Below, one piece after another: positions 1 to 13,721 of a stretch of 64,000 nt of DNA (within the stretch, counting starts at the first letter, position 1; every line of letters starts with the position of its first letter). The notes under the pieces are model-generated. The model searched no databases and was not told the DNA's origin. It saw nothing but the letters and a program-made list of their open reading frames with translations. This DNA is from Eledone cirrhosa (Eukaryota), in assembly GCA_964016885.1 (NCBI GenBank), contig OZ024741.1, positions 67,952,001 through 68,016,000 on the forward strand, in the 5' to 3' direction. The translations under genes and the position numbers were made by a program.

Positions 1-117
1 TTGTCCTTCGGGTAATATGAAAGATAATAATTATTCTTGTTTGTTGTTATTATTGTTTATATTATCTGACCAGTATTTATTCACTTCTTAATTGATTTTT
101 TTTATTGTTTTTTTCAG

Positions 118-432
118 TGTGTAATATGTTTGGGCGCAAAAGCAACGATGCAAACTTTCCCTTGTGGACATCGAGTTGTATGCCGGAAGTGCTTCATAAA
201 AACCATCCAGGTGGCTGTGTCGCAACGATGCTTGCCCCTAAGGTGTGTCATTTGTCGAACGCGCATACTGAAATTGAGACAGAACCCCAAACCCCATTCA
301 GACAAGCGAGAAGCAAGTGGTGGGAGCAAACATGAAAAGAGTGACGGCAAATCATCGTCACATAAAGATAGGAAAAGTGGTAAATCTGCGCTGGAGAAGG
401 CAGTTAAATCGGAAGGAAAATCAAAATATTGA
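118..432 (+). CDS. Terminal coding exon of a RING-finger (C3HC4, RING-HC) protein, putative E3 ligase, with basic Ser/Lys-rich tail
   Basis: Polypyrimidine tract plus TTTTCAG acceptor ends at 117. The frame reads CVICLGAKATMQTFPCGHRVVCRKCFIKTIQVAVSQRCLPLRCVICR (C-x2-C...C-x-H-x3-C-x2-C...C-x2-C) and stops at TGA 430-432. Upstream exons lie outside the window. Confidence 0.85.
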   Translation, partial: CVICLGAKATMQTFPCGHRVVCRKCFIKTIQVAVSQRCLPLRCVICRTRILKLRQNPKPHSDKREASGGSKHEKSDGKSSSHKDRKSGKSALEKAVKSEGKSKY

Positions 433-877
433 AATATAAAATAATGAAAGAACGAAAGAAAGAATGAAAGAAGGCAAAGAAGAAAGTAAGAAAGAAAGAA
501 AGAGAAAAGAAATAAGTGAAGCAGTGAGTAAACGAAATACGATATACGAAATACCAAATAATGAAATATGACATGAAAAATAAAACATGATTAAAGAAGG
601 AACCGAAGAAAACTAAAACCAAAATGAAATGAAATGATAAAGAAAACAGATACAAATCATTTACAAAATTTAGAAAATGTTTCAAACAACAAACGTTGAA
701 GTATGATAATAAAACGACAATGTAGATATAACATTTTTGAAAGGAAATTGTGAAGGTTTTAGAAAATTTTAACCAAAAAAAAAGATGTTATTTTTCATTT
801 TGTTTTTGTAGGTGTGAAATGGGTCTATAGTTTTCCAATGGGGACACATTATTATTAATATTAATAATATTCTACCA

Positions 878-902
878 TTATTATTATTATTATTATTACT
901 AC

Positions 903-966
<64 letters not shown>
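878..966. repeat. (TTA)n microsatellite
   Basis: Direct reading. Confidence 0.95.
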
Positions 967-1547
967 GCAATTATTTTTTTATATTATTCTTAATATTATC
1001 ATTATTATTATACATGTTGTCAATGGATACAATATCTTAAAAGGGATATTCAGTTTATCCTGAAATTTAAGAAAAAAAAAAAAACATATTCCTGTATAGA
1101 TGTAAGAATCTGTTGACAGCTGCGTGCATTTGAGAGACCGTTAGGGTTTATATCGCTCCGTGCCTGTATAATTGTATATGTTTCGGGAATGGTATTCTGT
1201 GTGGGACAGCATGGTTGCGATTTTATTACTTGCAAGTAGAAACAAGTGTACATATACGTGAATTATGTGTATTAACGTAAGAGATGCGGACACAACCCGT
1301 GTTTCATCATCTAAAATAGGTATGTGCACATGTGTGGTTATGTGAATATGCATCTGCGTGTGTGCGCATGAGTGTCTCGTGATACCTGAAAAACACTGAG
1401 AGCACCTTCTTGTAAAAGGTATTGTATATATGTGTATAGTGTATATGCGTGTACATATGAGTGAAAATATTTCTTTTATGTAAATAAAATACGTTCTCAA
1501 GTTTAAATTGTCTTTCTACACACACGCAAATAATCACATCCAAATAC

Positions 1548-2182
<635 letters not shown>

Positions 2183-2420
2183 CATGAATATATCGATAGT
2201 TATAAATATTAACTTTACAATATATATTGTAATAAGTTCAAAACGAATTAGATATGACAAAAGAGATTATTTTCTACGGTGAAAAGTTTTATAGTTAAAT
2301 ACATATAATAGGTGTGTGTGTGCGTGTGTGTGTGTGTGTGTGTGCACGCGTGTGTGTGTGTATGCCGTTTGTGATTTAGATAGCGTAGTTATATGCATAC
2401 ATAAATACACACACATATAC

Positions 2421-2468
<48 letters not shown>

Positions 2469-2483
2469 GCATATATATATATG

Positions 2484-2573
<90 letters not shown>

Positions 2574-2919
2574 TATATAGTAGAGCTTTCATGATTAAAG
2601 AGTATAAATTCAACAATGATAACTACGTTAATTCCATCGGTTTATTCAAGCATTAGAATACCCCCACAATGAATTATCAATAGATCTCTAGATTCTTGGA
2701 ATATACTTTCCAATAAGGAATGGAATAAAGAAGCAGATATAAGAAAATATATTAATAGATTTAACGTGAAAGGAATGACAAAATTAATATACATTGGAAT
2801 GCGAGAACTCTATTACAAAGGATGTGTGTATGATTGAAAACTAGAGTTAATATAGGCAAAACAAAGAACCACGCGAAAACATACACACTCACACAGACAG
2901 ACAGAAACACACATATATA

Positions 2920-2965
<46 letters not shown>

Positions 2966-3536
2966 CGTGCGTATACATACATACATACATAATTATATAT
3001 GTATATTTATATATATATATATATATGAAATTTATTGTGTGGCAGACGAAGGAGTCGACATGTCATTTAATTGTTCACGTTGTTAGTACTTTCCAAACTA
3101 AAGTTATTCAATGTAATATCATTACATTATAACCCACAACGATTTTACTCAATAATATGGTTTATGATAGTTTCAATGACGCCCTCAAATTGAAATATAG
3201 AATACGTATATACTTGATTTTACATATGTATACATATATATAAATATATATGTATATGCATCAACGCATTTACCATTTTAGAATATGTGTATGTATATAC
3301 TATCGTATCGATGAACGTGTTAGAAGGCGAACATTTTTATACTATATATAATAAGAGGCCTCACATTTTTTAAAGCTAATATCATACCTTTTAAATTCAT
3401 TAATAATATACTGCAATGGAAATGTATTGCTTCTTTTAACCCTTTAATTCTTTCAGGTGACTAACGTACATATTATTCTGTATAAATAAATATAGATGCC
3501 TTTACGTACACACACACACACACACATGTATATATA

Positions 3537-3588
<52 letters not shown>

Positions 3589-6500
3589 TATATATAATTA
3601 TATATATATATAGACACATATACATATATATGTCTAGTGGGGATTAGGTAGGTAGGTATACATATGGTCAGTTAATTTATTGGTTTACATTAATTTAATT
3701 ATCATTTACTTAATGGGCGAAATAGCATCAACAGTTTCTCCAATTATTGCGTGAAATCGAAGATATATGTCTGATGACAAAGGCCATAGGTATTGGAGTT
3801 TAGCTTTATATTATATATATTTAATCTGTAATAAATTAAAACATGTATTAATTTCATTTGCTGATATTAAATTCCTTCTATGGCCGTGAGCCATAACTTC
3901 GTAGTGTGTTCAAAAACACGTTTTAAACGATTTAAGCTCAAAACGTTATATTAATTTTCTGGGGCAAAGTCCAGACTATCAAAATTTGTCTTTTCTTCTG
4001 ATCTAAAATATGGCTGGAAGAAACCGACATTTAATTAGACGAAAGTGATGCAGGCGCAAGCACTAAGCTCAAATTTAAAGTGGATTGCTATGATCCAGTT
4101 TCAATTACTGCTTAACACTGGGTTATTTCCCATATGTGGCTATTAAATCTAATAAAGGTAACAACGGGTTATACGACATTATTATAAATGTAGAATCCTC
4201 GGCAAGCTGAGATCACTGCTTAAGACGGATTTTCGATTTTAACACTATTTTTCTATTTATATTATTAAGTAATTCGCTACGGAGAACCATGAGCGTTAAA
4301 CGCTACCTATTTTTTTTTCTGTAAATTTAGAATCCTTGTACCGAATTAAATGTATTAACTATGTAAAATGAATTTTGTAATCGTCCGGTGAGGCATAAAT
4401 TCGATGGGCGATACTAAAAATTAAATTAAAACAGTTTTGAAGCATGTTTTTAAAGCATATTTAATAGATATGTTTAAAGAATTTAAATCATAAAAGCAAT
4501 ATAATAATACTAAAATAAAAATGGAGAAAATAGACAAGATGTAAGTTTTAATAATTTCTGTTTCCTTCTAGAACTATAACATTTAACTAAACTATTTAGG
4601 GGCCGAGGAACTAAATAATGCCTTCAGATCGATGTCATCAGTTGCTTAAAGATCTATATGTATATATATATATATATTACTCTATAATTCTATGTTATAT
4701 AACTTACAATATGTGCGTGAGTGTGTGTATGAATGTTTGTATGTATATATTTTCATATATACATCATAGATTTCCAACATACAAGTAGACACACTATTGT
4801 TATTCTGTATCCTGTACACGAACATAATTTGACATGCGAAAACTGTTACTGACTAACATAATACTAACGATTTATTGGATTATATCTTAACCAAAAAGCA
4901 TTGTGTATTTCGTAAGTTTTACTAAAGTATAAAGTCTAAAATATGGCTGATTTCATAATTTTTTCTTCTATTTTTCTATTTATCGGCTATGTCTATATGT
5001 GTTCAACTCTATAGCTCCAGGGGCAATTCTTGTCTAGATACAAAAATTATTGTTACGGCCGTCGATAAAATATTAAAATTTAGAAGAAAAATCAGCGTAG
5101 CAAAATTCATCATCGCTTCTTATGTTCTGCTCACAAGACGATTTGAAGCCGGGAATGAAATTTAACGAAGAGCCCAAATGGAAGATTTGCAACTGTGCTG
5201 ATGTACTATAATTACAGTTCTGAGTCTGAACGTAGTTACTAATCTTTAAACTGCTTTGTTAATTGGGTGTGAAACACATTTGCGCCCCAACCCACGAAAG
5301 GTACTGACGGTGATGGAATGCGAAATGTCAATATTTCGCTTGTGAGTACAGTAAACTATTAAATCAGTCAAATACAACTCTCTCGTTGAAATAACCTGAG
5401 ATTTACAGAATCTAACACATTTATAGATAACACACAAACACACACAACACACACCCAAACACAACATACACACACACACATACATATATATGTGTGTGTG
5501 TGTATAGAGAAAGAAAGAAAGAAAGAGGAGTAGAGAGAGTGACATATATATATGTGTGTGTGTGTGTGCGTGAGTATGCATGTATGTGTGTGTGTTGTGT
5601 GGGTATGTATTTGTATTAATGTATAAAATATCTATATCTAATTACTATGTCACTTTCAAATATGATGTGATGGTGGATAGAAATATCAAATCATTAAATT
5701 TCAGAACAACAAAATAAAAACAGAAATATTGAATAATTGACGGTAAAGCAAATGTAGATCCAAAGAGATTTCTAGAAAAAAAAGGGAAAAACCAAAATCC
5801 CAGAAAAAATAAAGTAAAATATCTTATATAGTTCTTAGATTAAAGAGTGGTGTAAATCTCTGTCGTTCTTACTGCATGTATGTAGCGAATCTGTCGGAAG
5901 ATTCCAGAAAATCGTAGTTCTTGAAGTAGGATGGAATTTTGTTTAGAAAATAAACGTTAGTCCGACATAGACACTACATCTTTGAACATTTTCTTGCATG
6001 AACTTCTATAAGTGTTTTCTATATAAAAAAAAAATTCATAAAGAAATATATTGTCGGGAGTTCTTCCGTTTCTTATTTTTTTGTTTTGTTTTTTGTTTTG
6101 TTTTTTTATTTTTTTTTATTTCCTTTCTTAAGTTTTTCCTCAGTAGTTCCTATGTTTCAAACTCAGATCTTAGGTGGTAGACTTAGTTTATCGACCGATT
6201 TTAACGCCATCGCCAGGCCCGTGGTTATCTTTAACGGAGACGCCTCTGTTACAAGCCTTCTGTTCAGGTCTCGAATCTCTTTTCCCTGTCTCGAAGAGCC
6301 CGTAAAAATGTCATGGGTGTTGCTCTTCCTCCTGTGACTGACCATTAGGGAATTTAAGAAAAAGTGAATTCTTAACCTCCCAAAATATGAGTTCCCATTG
6401 AAACGATATATTAGATTTAATGTATTGATACGATAAAGCAATGTAATTGTATCTCCCATAGGGGAAATTAAGGTTGCTCAATAATTTATATGTGGAGAGA

Positions 6501-9464
6501 TGAATATCTAGATTTGTGGAAGATTTATGGAAAGTAAGTGGATAGATGCATGACTGAATTGGTGGATGGATGGATTTCCTTGGTGGATTGAGAAGTGAAT
6601 AGAAAGAAGATTTCATAGACGGATTAATGGCTGAAATGACAAATGAATGAAAAAATGGTCGGATGTTAACTTGTATGGATGGATGAATTGTGGATGGCTA
6701 GATCAATGGGAAATTGCTTTATTAGTTGGATGAATAGAAATAAGAATAATTTAAAGGATGAATGAATTGATGGATGGATGATAGGAAGTATAGATGCGGG
6801 GATGGATAAATTGATCTATAAATATTTTACAATTTGTTTAAAATCAAAAGAAAAACGAACACTACAAGTTTATGATAAAGTTAATCGAGAAACAGAGGTA
6901 ACATCTAAATAAAGACGACAGCAACTATATATCATTGCGAAGAGACGATGTGACGAGTATTGATGAACAAGATACAAATTGCCGACGAAACAAAGCAACG
7001 ATCTGGGTTCCATTCGTAATTGAAACTAATTTATTTCACTTTACATCGCTAATGCCCTGGAAAATATCTGAAGGTCACAACTTCCTTTTTGCCCTTCTCC
7101 ATAAAATATGATCAAAATATATATATTAAAAATGATGGGGCAAGCGGGGTCGAGTATGAGATAAAACACAGAAGAATTGAATCCCCAATTTGGATTCAAT
7201 TCTCGTTTGGCGCCACTTAATTTTAATAAATAACAGTAAAAATCCCTGGGAAAGTAATGAACGTCAATAATCTCATTACAAGCCACTTCTATAAATTACA
7301 GGTATTATGCCTTTGTGAGAAATGGTATTATGCCAATGTTGAGAAATGGTGTAAAGACAATGGGTTGGCAGAATCGCAAGACTACCAGAATGATAGATTC
7401 ATTAAATTGTTTAATTTCGATGCTCCGAAGAAGCTGAGTTCAAATTGAATTGGCCTTTCATCCCTTAAGAATTTTATATAATTAAACATGCAATATAAGT
7501 ACCAGTAAATATATACTGCGGTTTATTCGGTTAATTTTACAACTCCCTGCACAGACCTGGTCATGTAACCAAACGAAAAGAACAAATCAACATTTATTGA
7601 TGTTTTCAAACATATATATATATATATATATATCAAGTATAGATTTGACAAAGATACTAGTTCGAAACCGAAATAAGGAACAGTACAAATACTGGAGTAG
7701 CTTCAGCTAACTTTACACAATCTTTCACAAAACAGGCCAGGTTACAAAATCAATATTTAATGATGTGAAATAAATGAAATCCAAAGCAGAGACCACAAGA
7801 CAAATACAACAAAGTTAAAGACAATTTCCATCAGAAACAATCATCGTATTTGTATCAAAGCTCAGAAACGAAAGATATCAGATATCTAACTGTAAATTTG
7901 TACTGTTATGTTTTTTTACGATTGTTTGTATTACCCTTTTGATTAATTTTTGTGTATAACTAATTAAATTTTTTTTCATGACTCCGACAACATAGCAAAG
8001 TGTAGAGTATTTAAAAAAAAAAAGAAAGAAAACACAAACACGTCCCAATCACCTAATATATGTATCTCCACTCTACGAAAAAAATGGAGGATTATATACT
8101 ATTTATCATATTTCAACATCGGACCTCAAAAAACATTTTCAATGCTTCCATTATGAAAAACGAAATAAAGTAACAACTAAGATTACAAAAATAATTGTAC
8201 TCAAAATGTTTAATTTTTTTTTGTATATTGCAGGGATACATGTGTATATGACAACAAATATACATATTTACTTACACATCTGAAAGCACAATCACATTTA
8301 CACAGTAATGTATATTTATGTTCAGACATATATGTACGTTTACACACACATACACATTATATATATATGTGTGAGAGTGCATGTACGAGGGAGTGTGTGT
8401 GTGCGTGTACGAGTGTGTGTGGGGGGGTATGTGTGTGTGTGTGTGTGTGTGTTAGGTAAGTGTGTAACTCCAGTTACAGGCCGTTCTCCGTCAAAGCAAT
8501 CGATGCTGTAGAAAGGATCGACTTGTGTTGGGTTGTTTTCCAGAGTTAAAGCGGCTGCAGTATTCAGATTGTAAATGAAAGTAAGTATAATCGAAATCAC
8601 TGTTGTAGCAAATATATACACTTTATTGGCATATTGAAACGATTTTGATATGGTAATAAAGTTTATACATATGCTACTACAGTTTGACAAACAATATCAA
8701 AGCTATATGCGACTCGATACAAATATATAGAATGAGGAAAGCTGCAAATTATCTCATTGCGGTAACAAAATATTTTGCTGTATAAGGATTTCGTCAGACC
8801 CTCTTTATCCAGTAATATTTTGAAAATTATATTTAAAACTACTTAAACCGTTTTCGCTCCAGCTAATTGCACAACTCGTCGATGTAAAACGTGTGATATT
8901 TCCTCTACACAGCGGGATATGACGGTGATATTTAGTAATTAGAAGTACCTTGAGTAGCTCTTCCTCAATAACTAACATATAACACCTTCTCTTGGCTAAT
9001 TGCAGACAATACAATACTATTGAAAAACCCATCTGTTTCAATACCATTTTCTGTTTAATTTTTCTCCACCACTGGACTTCTTTTATATTCATTATTTTCC
9101 TCTAGCTTCCTTCTTCTCTCTCTCTCTCGATGTTTATATGTTCATTACCATTAATACTGTTATTGATGTATCGATCTCTTAAATATACGCATTTGTTCTA
9201 CTTTCTGACTCTTCAATTCTTTTCAATCTTTAGAAATTTGCAGACTAACTGCATTAGTTAAGGGGGGAAATACTCATCTTTACTATCTTAGTTTTATGCA
9301 TTATGGCGGAAGCGATTATCTTTGAAAGCATGGCTAAGTAAATGTAGTCTGCTGGAATGTCCTTATGGTAGGAAACTGTTACTAAAAAACAGATGATTTG
9401 CAGTCCCTATTGATTTAATTATACATACATACAAACATACGTACATTCATATATATATATATAT

Positions 9465-9594
<130 letters not shown>

Positions 9595-9697
9595 AAATTG
9601 TATTTGCTTTGCAAGGTTTTTGATATGAAATCGTGTGTCGAAACAAATATTGTTATACTTGGGGAGGGTCATATCGTTATAATATTGCTAGAAATAT

Positions 9698-9730
<33 letters not shown>

Positions 9731-10458
9731 ATATTATTTATACTTATATATACACTATATATAATTATAAACAGGAAAGGTCAGTAATTCATTACTACCT
9801 TATTACCAGTAAGAAAAATAGCTCAATGTAAATACATCAGATGTTTTACAGAGCCGGAATATAAATTACAGAATAATCAAAACTATGTTCAAAAAATATT
9901 TTATTGCTGACAATCGTTTCTTCCAAACTTTCGTTTGCTATCAACGGAGCACTAGCAAAGTTTAGACATATAATTAACCTCCTATTCCACAGAACAATCA
10001 TAAAGATACATAGATGTTAGTGTTGTCATTAACAGTGTCATATTTAAAGAGTGAAGATGATGTGGTCAGTATCAGTGGATGCGACAAAGATTATAAAAGA
10101 ATAATACAACAATTATAGAGGAATTAAAGAAGAAGGTTACTCGCAAAACGAGGACATTAGCAGTATATATGCAAGCGTATAGAAACAGTGCAAATGTGTT
10201 AGGCATGTACAGAATAACCAGATAGGAAACAAGCAATGGTACTAAGTATATATAACACAGTATGGCAAAGGTATCACATAATACAATACAGGTATGAAAG
10301 CATATTAAGCAGACAGAGATGCTTGTGTATGAAAAGCAGTTTCTATGAGGTTTATGGTGGATGTGGTATGATAATTGTTCCGGTAATGCGGGTAGTGGCC
10401 TGAGATCGCTGAAATAAATTCGATGACATTCGTATACTGTATATATATATATATATAT

Positions 10459-11114
10459 TCATTAGTTAAGCAAAACAAGACCACAAATTTCACAAGGAAG
10501 ACATTATTAAAAGATTGTCAACATATTTTAGTTTGATGTAAGGAATGTAGAGAATAATAATAATAATAATATTAATAATAATAATGTCCGTTTACTATTG
10601 TTTAGCTACTCCACATAATGTTTCTAGATCAGATGACTATATATCATTATTGATCTGGTTCAGTTGAAAATAATTAACATATTTAAAAACAGAGAGGCTC
10701 ATCGGAACTTCAAAGGCCATCTTGTTACCCATAGGCAGATCTCACACAATGCAGCCTCGACAGATGAATACTGCTTGATTATGGCTGACAACTGATACAA
10801 CCAGAACATCATAGTGAAACACCAATATATGGAACTCTACATTATGTAACATTCTCTCCTTATTTTAATTTATATTCCTTTGAAGCTCCGATGAGCCGCT
10901 CTGTTTTTAAATATGTTAATTATTTTCAACTGAACCAGATCAATAATCATATATAGTCATTATATGGAGTAGCGAAACAATTGTAAACGGACATTATTAT
11001 TATTAATATTATTATTATTATTCTCTACATTCCTTACATCAAACTAAAATATGTTCACAATCTTTTAATAATGTCTTCCTTGTGAAATGTGTGGTCTTGT
11101 TTTGCTTAACTAAT
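10459..11114. repeat. Long inverted repeat (arms about 10459-10713 and 10877-11114), Penelope pLTR-like fold-back
   Basis: ATTAGTTAAGCAAAACAAGACCACA...GGCTCATCGGAACTTCAAAGG is the reverse complement of CCTTTGAAGCTCCGATGAGCC...TGTGGTCTTGTTTTGCTTAACTAAT; (TA)n on the outer sides. Confidence 0.85.
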
Positions 11115-11308
11115 TAATATTTCCAGCTCTGCGCACCTAACTTCTGCATGAACCCAGCCACCTAGCTGCTTTCTACTGCATATTGCACATTGAGCACATG
11201 CCTTTACGTTTTGGCTTCTAACTAATTCACCAATCTCTCCTCTCCTATCTCCTCTCCTATCTCCTCTCCTATCTCCATCTCTCTCTTTAAGATTGGTTAC
11301 TCTTGAAC

Positions 11309-11555
<247 letters not shown>

Positions 11556-12052
11556 TATATGAATGTCATCGAATTTATTTCAGCGATCTCAGGCCACAAC
11601 CCACTCACTCAATGAGATAATAAGCTTTCAAGTGAGAAAATGCAAGTTCTCGGTCAGAGTGTACGCATTAGTTAACTTGGGAGTAAGATGACAGTACTTT
11701 GTAATGATACTTCAGCATCAAATTCTTGGACTGATCACGTTTCTGCGCAGCATTCTGGGTATAACAATTTTTAAAAGTGTAATATGCCGAGGCATTACGT
11801 TATTTGGGCTGCTGTGCGTCCTTTGGGGGATTTCTATCTCAATATTTTGGTCTTTAAAGTAAACACATTTGCTCAGAATGCTAACTTACAGTGCATTGCT
11901 GCCATGGCACGTAACCTTAATCAAAAGAAAACCTCTTGTTGAGAAAAGCAAGTATTGGTCGATTGAATTAAAAACTGGAATTCCCGCAAAAATAAGAACT
12001 CAACCAGTTTCAAACATGTATGCACTTGGGCTTACTTGCGATATAAAATCGG

Positions 12053-12085
<33 letters not shown>

Positions 12086-12689
12086 ATGTAGGAGGTGAGT
12101 TTTATTGTAGTACAATAAAGCAATGCAGATATCGGATAAGAAGCACTCTACAGTTTGTAGGACTGGAGTATACATAATATATAAGAACAAATATAATAAA
12201 TAGATGCACTGACTTGTTTTCTATCTGCTTGCATAAATTCCACAAAACATTCCACAAAGTATACAGCTAATATCCAAATCTTTATCAATTTAGAATCTTT
12301 TTCTCAAAGGCACATATATATATATATACACTTCTTTAAAAATATACCCATCTTTCTACCTTATTTCAAAGGTTTTATTATACATTATATAATACTTGTT
12401 ACTCATTCTATAATACTTGTTACTCATTCTATATCGCTCCTATTTTTCTTTTAATGTCTAACCCCTAATCTGTACCTTTTCTCACTGTTGCCTAACATAG
12501 AATCAATTATTACATAATATAATACATTCTTACTCTATATCACCTTGTAAAAGTCCTTCGTAAACATAAACATCTTTTTGACGTTAGATTATTCATCCTC
12601 AATTCATTATTCTTTTCTCCCTTTCATCTAACTCATTCATGCTCATCTCACAATATATCCTTACTTAAATTACCTGTTGTTCTTTTTAA

Positions 12690-12860
12690 TAATACATATC
12701 AACATTTTCTTTCCATCGCACATATTATTAAACCCTTAAATTTCATTCTTAATACATATTAACTTTTCTTTCCATCGCACATGTTATTAAACCCTTAAAT
12801 ATTATTCTTAATACATATTAACATTTTCTTTTCATCGCACATATTATTAAACCCCTCAAT
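12690..12860. repeat. About 59-60 bp tandem repeat, roughly 3 copies
   Basis: AATACATAT(C/T)AAC(A)TTTTCTTTCCATCGCACAT(A/G)TTATTAAACCC repeated three times. Confidence 0.85.
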
Positions 12861-13224
12861 ATACAAACCTTAACTTTACATTATTTTTCTCTTCGTTAAT
12901 TTTCAAATTCTTTTAATTTATACATTATCTTCCAACGGTTTTCAACCTCTCTATGTAAAACAATATATCTTTCTCAGTTATAAAAGCTATCTCTCTCTCT
13001 CTATCACCCATCTCTCCTCCTATCTCATCCTTCCTCATTATACTCCTCCCTCTCCATTTTTTACTCTCATCTCCTCCTCTTTTTCATCCTTTCCAACCCC
13101 AAACCCCCCTCAAAATAAAATATTTTTCCCAATATCACACATCAATCTAAAACTACTTCTCATATGTTGATTTAAAACTGCACTATCCACAAGTGTTTTT
13201 TAACCTTCATATCATGTCTTCCTG

Positions 13225-13291
13225 TTTTATCTGATGAAAACACAAATATTATTGCATGATGATATTTGTTTTTGAAATGCGCATAATAAAA
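13225..13291 (+). ncRNA. Minimal type I hammerhead ribozyme
   Basis: TTTTAT-CTGATGA-stem II (AAACACAAATATTA.../...TGATATTTGTTTTT)-GAAA-TGCGCA (palindromic stem III)-TA-ATAAAA; stem I TTTTAT/ATAAAA. Confidence 0.8.
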
Positions 13292-13323
13292 TACATGGAA
13301 CTCTTTTAACCATCTTTTGTTCT

Positions 13324-13487
<164 letters not shown>

Positions 13488-13721
13488 TTCTTTATTAGTC
13501 ACAAGGGCGCAACAAGAAAAGGGGACAATACAATGACATGCCGGGGATTTTACATACAGTCGTGTAAAAAATATAAAAACAAACAATTTCAACAATCGAA
13601 ATCCCCAATAGGGGGGAGGCGCCACAAATGGGTTGTTTAATACCCCGTCGATAGAACAACCCTCAACTCCAGGAGCGTGTTTTGCAAGTGCTCCTTTCTT
13701 CCTTTTGCTCTCTTCCTCAAC

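Larger units (their letters stand above)
12085..13322 (+). mobile_element. Penelope-like element 3' remnant (degenerate C-terminal endonuclease-region motif, 3' UTR/pLTR with hammerhead)
   Basis: Frameshifted translation of about 12115-12240 gives IKQCRYRIRS..TVCRTGVYIIYKNKY..INRCTDLFSICLHK, resembling the PLE C-terminal CxLC..EK..I...LNKRSELxSxCRH motif. HHR at 13225-13291; (TA)n on both sides. Confidence 0.55.

Noticed and set aside
3765-3800. CTGATGA motif as a hammerhead (also at 4635, 8791, 31413, 43156 and 44745)
   Set aside because: No properly placed stem II, GAAA and stem I partner
6163-6459. GC-richer patch with a short ORF
   Set aside because: No identifiable motif
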